64,000 nucleotides of DNA from Vulcanimicrobiota bacterium (GTDB lineage Bacteria; Vulcanimicrobiota; Vulcanimicrobiia; Vulcanimicrobiales; Vulcanimicrobiaceae), in assembly GCA_963714015.1 (NCBI GenBank), contig OY970223.1, positions 1,696,001-1,760,000 of the forward strand, written 5' to 3'. Below, in pieces: positions 52,812 to 63,271 of the stretch. Below the pieces are notes generated by a model. It ran no database searches and was not told where the DNA came from. It worked only from the letters and a program-made list of their open reading frames with translations. How positions within the stretch are numbered: position 1 is the first letter of the stretch; each line of letters opens with the position of its first letter. A program made the translations under genes and the position numbers.

Positions 52812-54204
52812 CTAAAGGCTAAATGCGGTCAAGTGCGCGTCTTCGTCCGAACAGAAGAGCCACCCGTTCAGCGCGATGGGACTCTCCCAATGCGTGGCGC
52901 CAATCGCGCCGCTCCAGAGCCGCCGGCCGGTTTCCGCGTCGAGGCCGGCGAGCGCGCCGCTCATCGCCACGAAAACCACGCCGTTGCTGACGATCGGCGA
53001 GGTTCCTTCGTTAGTCTGTCCGATATTCGCGGTCCACGCCTTGACCAGACGGCTGTTGCCTCGAGCGTCCGTTTGCAGGCGGAACGCGCGAACCCCATCC
53101 GGCAGGCCAAGAAAGATCCAAGTTCGGTTTTGAGGGTCGCTCCATACGGCGGGACTCGAGAAGAGCGCGGCGCCGATATCGATGCGCTGCAGTTCTCCGC
53201 CGACGTGCCCCAGATGCTGCCGATCGAGAAGACGGAGAATACCGTCCTTGCCGCCCTGGACGGCGAGCAACGGCGTGCGGCTGTTGCGCTCTCGCGGCAG
53301 AATTCCGGGGGACGAGCTCCCAAGATCGGTGTCGCCGTTCTCGAGTTGAGCGTAATTGCTCGGCGTGTAGTAATCGTCCAAGCGCGATGCATCGCGAGAG
53401 ATTGCCAGAACGGAGTCGCCGAAATCGTCACCGCCGCTGTCCGCGTCGAAGCGTCCATTACCGGTGGCCGCGTAAATCCGGCCGTGCATCGACGGATCCG
53501 GATCGACTGCGACGCCGCCGCGAGCCCAGATTCCTGAATCACTCTCACCGCAGGAATTCGCTATCGGCAGTACGTGCTTGCCGCTGCAAAGCGAATCGAA
53601 GACGCCCGTTAATCCGTCCGAAAGCCGAATCGCCACGACGTGTCCGTCGTAAGGCGGTGCATCACCGAAATACCCCGATGTCGCGGCATAAAGCTCGCCG
53701 TTAGCCACGTTGAGGCTCGAGGCATCCTTTTCGGTATTCGGCATCCGCGTGATGCGAACCGGGAATCCGCCGGAGCGATCCTCCGTTCCATTGGATGCAT
53801 CGAGCTTGTGAACGAATCCGTCCACTCCGCCGGCGTAGATCCACTTTCCGGACGGATCGGCGGCCGGCGTTGCGGTGGTGATGTTCGTTCCATGCGTTGC
53901 GAAGCGCCAGACGGTCTTGCCGTTTTGCGCGCGAATACCATACGTCGTGCCGTCATTCGCCGTGATGTAGAGCATTCCACGGACGAAAATCGGCGCTGAA
54001 TCCGCTATCGCGCCGAGCGAAATCTGCCAGCGCCGGTGCAGTCGCGTGACGCTCGCGACCGTGAACGAGCGTTCGCCGGCGAGAAATCCGGTGCGGGCAG
54101 GGTTGGCTCCGAACATCGGCCAGTCGGATGCGCCCGCGGGCGCGACGGCAAGGACTGCTAGAAACCAGAATGCAGCAGACTGCGCGAACCGCGAGTCCGT
54201 TCAC
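52812..54204 (-). CDS. Secreted PQQ-like beta-propeller protein
   Basis: DWPMFG..RTG, G..VW/G..LW blades, GIWARGG, DLGSSSP; signal peptide is out of frame with GTG 54204 by one base. Confidence 0.8.
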
Positions 54205-54221
54205 GCAAGTATGGTATCACA

Positions 54222-54986
54222 TTACGAGCAGCGGAGCGCAGAGCGCGGCGTCGCGGCCAGGCTCCAGACTTCCGGCGGCGAGTACATGCGCCAAAGCGCA
54301 AACTTCTCCCGAATTTTCGTCCACTTGGGATTTGAAGCAAGCGCAGCCAGGTATCCGCCATATTCCTCCTCGTTCTCAAAACAAGAAAACCAGGCGTATA
54401 CGTTCGCGTCGCTGCGGACCGGCAGTCGAGGGTACGTGTTCTCGCTGTGCTCCGTAACGAGAGTCGCGATAACTTGCGCGCCGGCCGACGAAAGCGTGGG
54501 TCTTATGGACTCCTGGAATGTTTGGTCAAAGCTTTGGGCATCGACCGATCCAAGCGAGTAAATCGAAGCGACCAACAATCCCGAGCGTTCGGCGTTCGCG
54601 CCGATTGCCGCCCGCGATCCGGAATCGACGGAAAATCCGGATCCGGCACGCGCCGGACGGAGTAAGAGCACGTTGTCGTTTTCAACGAGCATGGAGTTGG
54701 CGACGTCTTTATGCGCCTTCCAAATCGGTCCGTCATAGAATGCCGTCAGAGATGCCTTCCTTGCATCCATGTCTTGAAATCCGCGAATCCAAAAGAATCG
54801 ATTGGGGTCCTCGAGGACGCGGAACGTTCCGATAACGGCGATTCCGTTCGCTTCCTGGCCTTCGATGAAGTGTCGCTCAAAAAGATCGATGAACGCGGGG
54901 AATGAGCCGGGCGTGAGCGTGTATTGACGCACCTCGACGACGGGGTGGCATATACCGGCTGCCGGCTGACCGAATTTTGAGGTCAT
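54222..54986 (-). CDS. NIPSNAP family protein (tandem domains)
   Basis: VVEVRQYTL, FFWIRGF.DM..R, FY.GP.W. Confidence 0.85.
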   Translation of the reverse strand: MTSKFGQPAAGICHPVVEVRQYTLTPGSFPAFIDLFERHFIEGQEANGIAVIGTFRVLEDPNRFFWIRGFQDMDARKASLTAFYDGPIWKAHKDVANSMLVENDNVLLLRPARAGSGFSVDSGSRAAIGANAERSGLLVASIYSLGSVDAQSFDQTFQESIRPTLSSAGAQVIATLVTEHSENTYPRLPVRSDANVYAWFSCFENEEEYGGYLAALASNPKWTKIREKFALWRMYSPPEVWSLAATPRSALRCS

Positions 54987-55552
54987 TTGCCGAGGCGCGT
55001 GAAGTCCATGATCCAGTTGTCTTCCCAAGTCTTTCCGCCGTCGGGCGAAAAAGCTTGTACCCACCGGCATTTCGCTGATCCTTCATGCGTCCAACGATAC
55101 CGCACGACGATTGGGCGCCCGTTAAACTCTTCGCGATCGTAGAAAGAGCCGATGCCCTCTTCAAATTTCCCGGTAGTCGGAATGGAGAAGCCGCCGGAAC
55201 CTGCGGGACTCCAGTAGATGCTCCAGTCGCCGTTGTTCGTGTTATACAACCTGACGGCTACCGCGTGTATTGGCTTGGGGGCATCCGGAGCATCGTAACG
55301 TTCGATGTTGCCGAGCCCGCCCAAGATGGGCTCTTCGGAAGACGTTGCTTTGAATTGGTACCAATCATGCGAGCCGGCAAGTGGATGGCTGAGGCGCCGA
55401 TTCACAATGGACCAGCGGCCGAACAGGAAGTCAAAATCAAAACGGCCGTCAACGGCCGTTTTTTGAGCCATAATCTCGGGCATAGCAGAACTCCAGGGCG
55501 TTGCGATCGCGATCAAAAGAAACAGCGGCGCGAATATCCGTGCTGAGAACAT
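54983..55552 (-). CDS. DUF1579-like protein
   Basis: FDFLFGRW..NRRL, WSIYW, QAFSPDGGKTWEDNWIMDF. Confidence 0.75.
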   Translation of the reverse strand: MFSARIFAPLFLLIAIATPWSSAMPEIMAQKTAVDGRFDFDFLFGRWSIVNRRLSHPLAGSHDWYQFKATSSEEPILGGLGNIERYDAPDAPKPIHAVAVRLYNTNNGDWSIYWSPAGSGGFSIPTTGKFEEGIGSFYDREEFNGRPIVVRYRWTHEGSAKCRWVQAFSPDGGKTWEDNWIMDFTRLGK

Positions 55553-55711
55553 ATAACGGGATTATGCGGAAGCGGCGCCTCTTAGAAAAGTACCACCTTT
55601 GCCGTTTTGGACCAGACCACGTCGAATGCGGCCGTCTATTGCTCGAGCCGCGGACGAATGGACGGACCGATCGATTCAGGACAACCGCCCGTTCCGTCGA
55701 ATCGGGATTCG

Positions 55712-57154
55712 ATGCTCAGTCCGAAAAACGATCGTGGAATCCTCGTCGACCGCTCCTCCGATGTTCCGCTGCAGCGGCAGCTGGAGTCATCGTTGCGCGA
55801 AGCGATCCTCTCGGGGCGCATGCGCGCCGGTGATCGGATCCTTTCCAGCCGGGAAATGCAGATTCATCTCGGCGTCTCGCGCAACACCATCGTCAATGCT
55901 ATCGCTCAACTGAGCGCCGACGGCTATCTAGACTGCATTCAAGGCGTTGGGACGTTTGTGGCGCAGGTGTCGCACCTGAGTCCGCGATCGCGGCCGGCCG
56001 CTGAGTACCGTGACGAAACGCTGCTGCCGTCTCAGCGGGCGGCTCGCTCTCTGGGCGCGTCCGGATTCGCCTCTAATCTAACGGGTGCCGTGCCGTTTCG
56101 GCCCGGCATCCCGGACCTGGCTTTGTTTCCTGCAGCGATGTTTGGACGGTGCCTGCAGTTTAGCGCCTCGAGCCTTGGGTCCATAGACTATCCCGAGTCA
56201 AACGGTGACACTGGGCTGCGCGAGGCGATTGTCGAACGACTGCGTCAAACCCGCGGGATCGATTGCACGGTCGAACAAGTCTTGATCGCGGGAGGCGCGC
56301 AGACTGCGTTTGCCTTGATAGCGCACGTAATGCTCGAGCAAGGCGGCGCCGTAGTGACCGAAGAACCGGGCTACCCCAGCGCCCGGGCCGCCTTTCTGGC
56401 TGCCGGCGCACGAATTACTCCGGTAAAGGTCGATCGAGATGGTATCGACGTCTCCGCCCTCGCCGGTAGGGCGGGAACGCTCGTACACGTTACTCCGTCT
56501 CACCAATATCCCACGGGCGCAGTCCTCTCTCTCGAGCGGCGTTTTGCCCTGCTCGAGTGGGCGCGAAAACATGACGGCTGGATCGTCGAAGACGACTACG
56601 ATTCGGAATTCAAGTACAAGGAAAAGGCGCAACCGGCTCTATTCGGCCTGGGGAACGGCGGGCGCGTCATTTACGTCGGTACGTTTAGTAAGGCTCTTTC
56701 CCCAGCGCTGCGCGTCGCTTACGTCGTCGTTCCGCGATCGCTGCGTGGCGCATTCGAAGCGGAGCATACAGTCCTCGGCGGGCAACCCAGCACAATTATT
56801 CAGAAGGCACTCGCGAAGTTTATCGCCGACGGCCATTTTTCGCGTCACGTTACGAAAATGCGAAAGGTCTACGACGAACGCCGGCTGGCCGCTGCCGCTG
56901 AGTTTAGGCGAGCTTTTGGCGCCGCCGCGCAGGTATGGGACTCAAAGGCCGGCTTACACTTCGTCGTGCGTTTCTCCAAGGACGTTTCTGCCGGCGATTT
57001 GTCCGAGCGAGCCGAGCGGGCCGGGTACGTCATACCGGCTCTTTCGACGTATTGTATCGGGGAGTGCGATCTCAATGCGGTAATCGTCGGCTTCGCCGCG
57101 ACTTCTATTCAAGACGGAAAGCAGGCTATTCGCGATCTCGTTCGCCTGGCCTAA
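55712..57154 (+). CDS. GntR/MocR family PLP-dependent regulator
   Basis: wHTH GVSRNTI..GVGTFV; TPSHQYPTG, EDDYDSEF, GTFSK. Confidence 0.95.
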   Translation: MLSPKNDRGILVDRSSDVPLQRQLESSLREAILSGRMRAGDRILSSREMQIHLGVSRNTIVNAIAQLSADGYLDCIQGVGTFVAQVSHLSPRSRPAAEYRDETLLPSQRAARSLGASGFASNLTGAVPFRPGIPDLALFPAAMFGRCLQFSASSLGSIDYPESNGDTGLREAIVERLRQTRGIDCTVEQVLIAGGAQTAFALIAHVMLEQGGAVVTEEPGYPSARAAFLAAGARITPVKVDRDGIDVSALAGRAGTLVHVTPSHQYPTGAVLSLERRFALLEWARKHDGWIVEDDYDSEFKYKEKAQPALFGLGNGGRVIYVGTFSKALSPALRVAYVVVPRSLRGAFEAEHTVLGGQPSTIIQKALAKFIADGHFSRHVTKMRKVYDERRLAAAAEFRRAFGAAAQVWDSKAGLHFVVRFSKDVSAGDLSERAERAGYVIPALSTYCIGECDLNAVIVGFAATSIQDGKQAIRDLVRLA

Positions 57155-57693
57155 GAAACCAGTTCCGTCCTGAGCCGTTCGAGAAAGAGAACGGGCTTAT
57201 CACCGAAAGTCGTCGTCTTGAATATCCTATATCCACATTTTTCAACGACCGCAAGAGAGGCAGTGTTTTCGGGATTGATCAAGCAAACCGTCCGTCGATA
57301 CGGCAGGTTTTCATCGGCCCAAGAGATGACCGCCTCGACCGCTTCGGTAGCAAACCCTTTGCCGTGAAATGCGGTTGCGAGCGCGAACCCCAGTTCAGGG
57401 GCGTCTCTCATCGCCGGAGCAATGTCCCGTTTGAAATCTGCAAGACCAACCTCTCCGACGAACTCGCCGGCGTCCTTTGTTTCGATAACCCAATAGCCGA
57501 AGCCCAGAAGAGCCCAGTGCCCGACATAGGCCTCCAGCCTGGCCCAAGTCTGGGTTTCCGTCGAGGGCTTTCCTCCGATGTACCGGGTGACGACCGGATC
57601 CGACCACATCGCGACGCAAGCCTGCAGATCGTCGTAACGATGCTCGCGAAGCCGAAGGCGAGAAGTTTCGAGAACCGGCGCAGTTTTGGGCAT
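57151..57693 (-). CDS. GNAT N-acetyltransferase (RimJ/RimL-like)
   Basis: LETSRLRLR, HGKGFATEA, NTAS..EKCGY. Confidence 0.9.
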   Translation of the reverse strand: MPKTAPVLETSRLRLREHRYDDLQACVAMWSDPVVTRYIGGKPSTETQTWARLEAYVGHWALLGFGYWVIETKDAGEFVGEVGLADFKRDIAPAMRDAPELGFALATAFHGKGFATEAVEAVISWADENLPYRRTVCLINPENTASLAVVEKCGYRIFKTTTFGDKPVLFLERLRTELVS

Positions 57694-57724
57694 TTTAGTT
57701 ACGAGGTATGCAGTGGTCTAGCGC

Positions 57725-58414
57725 TTAGAGCGCGCTTGCCGCGACCGTTTCGGCAACGAGCTGGCCGTCCAAAAGACCGACGGTGCGTTTCGCCTGCTTT
57801 GCAAAGCGGAAGTCATGCGTCACCATGACGATCGTGGAACCATACTCGTGCAATTCGGCCAGCAGTTCCATAACGGCTTCGCCGTTGCGCGTATCCAAGT
57901 TTCCGGTGGGTTCGTCGGCTAAAAGAATGGACGGATCGCCCGCGAGGGCGCGTGCAACCGCGACACGCTGCTGCTCGCCGCCCGAGAGCTGCATCGGATA
58001 GTGTTTGGCCCGGTGCGACATGTGCACGCGGTCGAGAACTTCCGCGACCCGCGAGCGCCGCTCGCCTTTGGTCATGCCGCGGTATACGAGCGGCAGTTCG
58101 ACGTTTTCGAAGATCGAGAGATCGCCGATAAGATTGAAGTTTTGAAAGATGAACCCGATTTCACGGTTTCTTATCGATGCCCGATCGCTCGAACTGAGCT
58201 GTTCCACGGCGCGGCCGTTCAGCCGGTACTTACCGGTCGTCGGCGTGTCCAGCAGACCCAATATCGAAAGGAGCGTCGACTTTCCGCAGCCCGAAGGCCC
58301 CTCGATGGCGACATATTCACCGCGATCGATGTCCAGCGTGATTGCGCGCAATGCTCGCGTCTCGACTTCTTCGGTGAAGTAACTTTTGCCGAGGTCTTGC
58401 AGTTCAACTAGCAT
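57725..58414 (-). CDS. ABC transporter ATP-binding protein (MacB/LolD type)
   Basis: [31 protein letters not shown]. Confidence 0.95.
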   Translation of the reverse strand: MLVELQDLGKSYFTEEVETRALRAITLDIDRGEYVAIEGPSGCGKSTLLSILGLLDTPTTGKYRLNGRAVEQLSSSDRASIRNREIGFIFQNFNLIGDLSIFENVELPLVYRGMTKGERRSRVAEVLDRVHMSHRAKHYPMQLSGGEQQRVAVARALAGDPSILLADEPTGNLDTRNGEAVMELLAELHEYGSTIVMVTHDFRFAKQAKRTVGLLDGQLVAETVAASAL

Positions 58415-58423
58415 CGAGGTCTC

Positions 58424-59722
58424 CTATCGAAGTGTGAGCTCGGATTGGTCGAGATAACTGGACATGTCCGAAACGATTACGACGTCGCCCGGCGTGACGC
58501 CGGCGAGCACCTGCACGCGATCGTTGGAGCCTTGCCCTAGACGTGCGCGAACGCGCACCGCCCGCCTGCCGCCGTCGACCACTTTGAAGAGGTCGATGGT
58601 GCTTTCGTCGGACGCACCGGCCGGCCGCGCGATGGAGATTGCGTTCGGAATGGTGGCGATCTCGACGGTGCCGTCTACGTTCGCGTCCGGTCGAGCGCCG
58701 GGGGGCAGCGCGCCGGAGAACGTGACGTCGACGGCAACGGTTCCATTCTGCGCGGCGGGCGCGATACGGGCGACACGGCCCGTGATGACGCCGTTGCCCG
58801 TGTCGATTCTTGCCGGCATGCCGGGAATGACGGCATGAACGTCGCTCTCGGCGACCTGCAAGACTGCTTTGAGCGAGTGCGTGTCGGCAACGCGCGCAAG
58901 CTCGGTGCTTTGACTCACGTTGGTGCCCGGATCCACGTCGACGGTTTGCACGATGCCTTCGGAGGCGGAGCGGACCGTCAGCGCATCGACTTGGGCGATC
59001 GCCGCGTCGAGCTGTGCTCCGGCCTGCTCGACTTGCGCCTGGGCGGCTGCGACTTTGGCTTGCCCGTCGGCTGCCGCAACGCCGACTTGCGCGTGACTGG
59101 TGCGCAGATCGTTCGCACTGGTTTTCGCCTTGATCTCGGCTTGCTCGTACGAGAGATCGGAAACAAGCCCCTTGCCGTGCAGCGACCGCAGCGATTGCGC
59201 TTGAAGCGAATCCTGCTGCATCTGCGCGCGAGCATCTGCGTATGCGCTTTGCTGAGTCAGCTGTGCCGCCTGCGCCTGCTGGCGCGCGCTGGCAAGATTG
59301 GCCTGCGCGACCTGCAGCTGCGAGCGAGCATCGATGACCGCTGCCTCCAGCGTGGGATTCTCCATCTGCGCGATTGTCGTTCCGGGCCGTACGACGCTGC
59401 CGGGTTTGACGAAGATTTGATTTACGACGCCGCCTTGCGTTGCGCTGATGACGCGAAGCACTTCGGGAGCGAATGCTCCCTGTGCGCTCACGGCCCGCAG
59501 CAGCGTGCCGCGCTGCGCCGTATCGGTGACGAGGGTCGATTTATCGACGACCGTTCCGGTTCCGTGACTGTGCGCGAGCGACGAGATCGCCCACACGACC
59601 AAGGCCGCGAGCGCAAGGATCCCGCCGAGCGTGTAAATCGATTTCGGCACCGCGCGCCGGCGATCGCGCACGATGTCCATTGTGGCGGGCCTATCGGACA
59701 CTGCTTTGGGACGCATCTTCAT
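58424..59722 (-). CDS. Periplasmic adaptor / membrane fusion protein (HlyD/MacA-like)
   Basis: N-terminal TM, lipoyl-like halves flanking a coiled coil; ATG overlaps the padR stop. Confidence 0.9.
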   Translation of the reverse strand: MKMRPKAVSDRPATMDIVRDRRRAVPKSIYTLGGILALAALVVWAISSLAHSHGTGTVVDKSTLVTDTAQRGTLLRAVSAQGAFAPEVLRVISATQGGVVNQIFVKPGSVVRPGTTIAQMENPTLEAAVIDARSQLQVAQANLASARQQAQAAQLTQQSAYADARAQMQQDSLQAQSLRSLHGKGLVSDLSYEQAEIKAKTSANDLRTSHAQVGVAAADGQAKVAAAQAQVEQAGAQLDAAIAQVDALTVRSASEGIVQTVDVDPGTNVSQSTELARVADTHSLKAVLQVAESDVHAVIPGMPARIDTGNGVITGRVARIAPAAQNGTVAVDVTFSGALPPGARPDANVDGTVEIATIPNAISIARPAGASDESTIDLFKVVDGGRRAVRVRARLGQGSNDRVQVLAGVTPGDVVIVSDMSSYLDQSELTLR

Positions 59723-60072
59723 GTGATTACGGGAAGTAAGCGGCGCGTGCGCGCCAAATCGACGAGTTCCTGAAGCCGCCCCGCTTCGGCTTGCGCAATG
59801 CGCTTTCCCCATGCCGTCAAGCGATAATAGCGGCGCCCCATTGCATCATCGTCGTCGCGCTCGGTTTCGCTAATCCAGCCGTCGGTGCACATCTGCTTGA
59901 GCTGGCGATACAGCGTGCCGGACCCCAGCCTGATCTGAGCGTGCGTCGATGCGGTCACTTCCTTCGTAATGCCGTATCCATGCCGCTCACCATCGGCGAG
60001 CGCTAAGAGAATATGAAAGGCGCTTTGCGGCAGCGGCAGCAAGTCGGAAGGATCCCGGCGGCGGTTCAGCAT
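59719..60072 (-). CDS. PadR family regulator
   Basis: ILLALADGERHGY, GTLY, RRYYRLT. Confidence 0.92.
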   Translation of the reverse strand: MLNRRRDPSDLLPLPQSAFHILLALADGERHGYGITKEVTASTHAQIRLGSGTLYRQLKQMCTDGWISETERDDDDAMGRRYYRLTAWGKRIAQAEAGRLQELVDLARTRRLLPVIT

Positions 60073-60089
60073 TGCGGCTCCTCGGCTTC

Positions 60090-60261
60090 AATATGTCCAT
60101 TTGCGACATATTATAGCGGTCACTATATCGCAAGTGGATAGGTCCGTCAAGCCCATATTGCGTGCCGGTATGGGCAGCCGGCGTAGTCAGCGGAGCGGTA
60201 TTGCGCCGGAAGGTTCGCCGTGATATATATTGGCAAAGGATATATTGGCTTTCGATATATC
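60090..60261. promoter_or_regulatory. Four PadR-like operator dyads and a leftward sigma70 promoter
   Basis: TATRTY-N7-GAYATA-like at 60092, 60124, 60226, 60241; minus strand TTGACG-N17-TATAGT at 60150-60122. Confidence 0.7.
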
Positions 60262-60267
60262 TTTCGG

Positions 60268-60630
60268 ATGGAGAGCAACCCGGCTATGGCTTCCGACGTT
60301 CGTGAGATCCTGCCGCTGAGTCCGCGCGTGTTCTATGTGCTCTTGGCCCTTGCCGACGGAGAGCGCCACGGCTACGCAATCTCGCGCGCCATTGAAAACC
60401 AAACCTCCGGAACGATTCGCCTGACGCCCGGCACGCTGTATCCGATTATCCGCCAAATGCTGGACAACGGGTGGATCGCCGAGATCGAAGACCGCGATGA
60501 CGATCCCCGGCGACGCTGTTATCGGCTGACGCCGCGGGGACGTCGCGTCGCCCAAGCCGAGGCGGCGCGTCTGTCGGATTTGGTGCGAATGGCGCGCAGT
60601 TGCAACCTGCTTCCGGCCGGTGCCGTATGA
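60268..60630 (+). CDS. PadR family regulator
   Basis: LLALADGERHGY, GTLYP, RRRCYRLT. Confidence 0.92.
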   Translation: MESNPAMASDVREILPLSPRVFYVLLALADGERHGYAISRAIENQTSGTIRLTPGTLYPIIRQMLDNGWIAEIEDRDDDPRRRCYRLTPRGRRVAQAEAARLSDLVRMARSCNLLPAGAV

Positions 60631-63258
60631 CGATGCGTACCCTCGTGCAGCTTTTTTGCCTTGCGTATCCGCGCGATTTTCGCCATCGGTATCGCGCGCA
60701 GATTTTGGCGGATTACGATCAGCGCCTTCGGGACGAACGCGGCGGTGCCCGGTACGCGGCTCAAATTCTCCTCGACGTCGTTATCTCCGGCGCGATCATG
60801 CGCTTGGAGTTTGCGGCGCGGGACGCCGCAAGCGCCTTTAGGCGATTGCGCAAATCGCCGCTCGTTGCTTTCGTGATCGTTTTGACGTTTGCGCTCGGCA
60901 TCGGTGCCAATGTGGCCGTGTTCAGCGTGCTCAACGCGGTTCTGCTGCGGCCGCTTCCGTTCGCTAATACGGCACGATTAGTGTCCTTGAGCCAGATCGA
61001 CGAGCGCATCGGCAAAAGTATGCCGGCGGTCTCACAGCAAGACTTGCACGATCTTTTGGCCGGAAGCACCACGCTGCAAAACGCTGCGCTTTACGGCGAA
61101 GCTTCGAAGACCTTGACGGGACACGGCAGGCCGGTCGAGCTGAACGTTTCGACGGTCGGCTGGACGTTTTTCGACACCGTCGGCACCCGCCCGGAACTCG
61201 GCCGGCTCTTCACTGCGGAAGACGCACGCGCGGCGCACTATGCGGATCCCATGGTTCCGCAATCGCTCGTCACCAACTCCATCGTCATCTCCGACAAGCT
61301 GTGGCGCGCGCGTTTAGGGGCCGATCCGGGCACCGTCGGCAAATCGCTGAAGCTCGATGGAACGCCGTACCGAATCATCGGCGTAACGGCGCCCGGCTTC
61401 GAATCGCCGGGCTTCGGCGGTTTGTTCCCGGTCGACGCCTACCTGGTGATTCCAAAGGCTCCTGCGCAAGTGGGCCGCGGCGCGCGCTGGATGGACGCAG
61501 CGGCGTTGTTGCGTCCGGGGATCTCTTTGGCCGCCGCCCAATCCGACGTCAATCGGGTGCAGAGCCGTTTGCGACAGACTTTACCCGGCGTACGAGAACC
61601 GCGTCACCGTACTTCAGCCGATGCGGGATGCGATCTTGGGCCCCGGAACGCCCAAGCTGCTCGAGATGATCTTCATCGCGGTGATCGGCGTCTTTCTGAT
61701 CATGTGCGCGAACATCGCGAGTCTGCTCTTGACGCAAGCCGGCGCTCGGGAAGGAGAAATCTCGATGCGTCAGGCGCTGGGAGCAACGCGGGGGCGCATC
61801 GTCACCCAGCTGCTCACCGAATCGGTAATGCTGGCGACGGCCGGCGGCATCATCGGTATCGCCGGCGCCTATTTTGCGATTCGGTTCTTCGTCGCGCTGG
61901 GTGCGGGACAGGTGCCGCGATTGGCAACGGCGTCGATCGATTTTCCCGTCATGCTCTTTGCGGTCGCGGTCGTGATGTGCGCGACAATCGTTGCAGGTGC
62001 CGCACCCTCCTGGATGCTTGCATCCTCCGTTCGGGTGCCGCTGGGGCGGAGTGCGCGCAGAGCGACCTCCGTCAATAAGCGCGCGCAATCCGTTTTGGTT
62101 GCCGCCGAACTCGCGGTCACACTCGCGCTCGCAACCGCGGCGGGCCTCTCTCTACGCGGTTTCTACGGCCTGACGCACGCCGATATCGGCATCCGCACCT
62201 CGGGCGTTCTGGCAAGCCAAATCTTTCCGCTGAGCGATCGCCGGTTTCCCGGCGCGGACGCAAAACGAACGGCGTTACGGCGATTGCAATCCAAACTCGA
62301 CGCGTTACCGGGCGCGCAGACTGCCTTGGCGGCGGGTTACCCGATGAGCGGCGTGACGATGAGCATGGGTTTCAGAATTCAAGGTCAGCATTATGCAACC
62401 GGTGACGGTCCGGCGGCGATGTTGAACGCCATATCCCCACAGTATTTCGGCGTCCTCGACATTCCCTTAAAAGCCGGCCGCACGTTCACCGCAGCGGATA
62501 GAGCGGGCGCCCCGCTCGTTGCCATCGTGAACAGCGCTTTTTTGAAGCTGCTGCACGGGAAAGGTGCCCTCAAGGCGCGCGTGCAGATTCCTATACCCAA
62601 CGATCCTGGGGAATCCGGAATGCGAAGCATAGTGGGCGTAGTCGGGGACGTACGCGATGGTGCAACCGCACCGGTCTTGCCTGAAGTCTACGTGCCGCTG
62701 CAACAAGGCGTCATGCCGTGGATCACCGCCGTCACGCGTGTGCGCGCCGGCGACCCGTCTGCGCTCGGCAAAGAAATCGACGGAGCATTTACCTCTGTGG
62801 ATCCGCTCGCGCAGGCTCCCCTCGTTAGTACGATGACGCGAATAATGGGCGACTCGGCGGCGGCCGCGCGCCTTTCGGCAGCACTCTTTACTGCGCTCGG
62901 CTCGATCGCACTCTGCCTTGCGATCGCCGGAGTTTTCGGCGTCGTTTCGTATTCGGTCGCTCAGCGGTTTGGGGAATTCGGCATCCGCATGGCTCTCGGA
63001 TCGAGCGCCGTCGGCGTCGTCCGCACAGTTTTATCGAGCATTGCCGTTGTCGTCGGGACGGGCGTTGCAATCGGTTTGGTGCTCGCGGCGGTTGCGGGGC
63101 GCGCCGTCGGCTCAGAGCTCTATCAGGTGCACCCGATGGATCCGGTCGTACTGACGGCGGTGACGCTGCTGCTCGTCGGCGCCGCTCTCCTAGCCGCGCT
63201 GCTCCCGGCTCTGCGCGCCTCGCGGATCGACCCGGCTGCCGCACTTCGCTACGAATGA
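60627..63258 (+). CDS. ADOP-type duplicated ABC permease (MacB/FtsX), frameshifted near 61575
   Basis: ALGIGANVAVFSVLNAVLLRPLPF, CANIASL..R.ALGA, EFGIRMALG, RASRIDPAAALRYE. Confidence 0.9.
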
Positions 63259-63271
63259 AAGGAGTCAATTG

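Noticed and set aside
55585..55620. MocR operator (GTGGTC/TGGTCC/GTGGTAC repeats on the minus strand)
   Set aside because: Plausible location, but the repeats are too short and degenerate to call.
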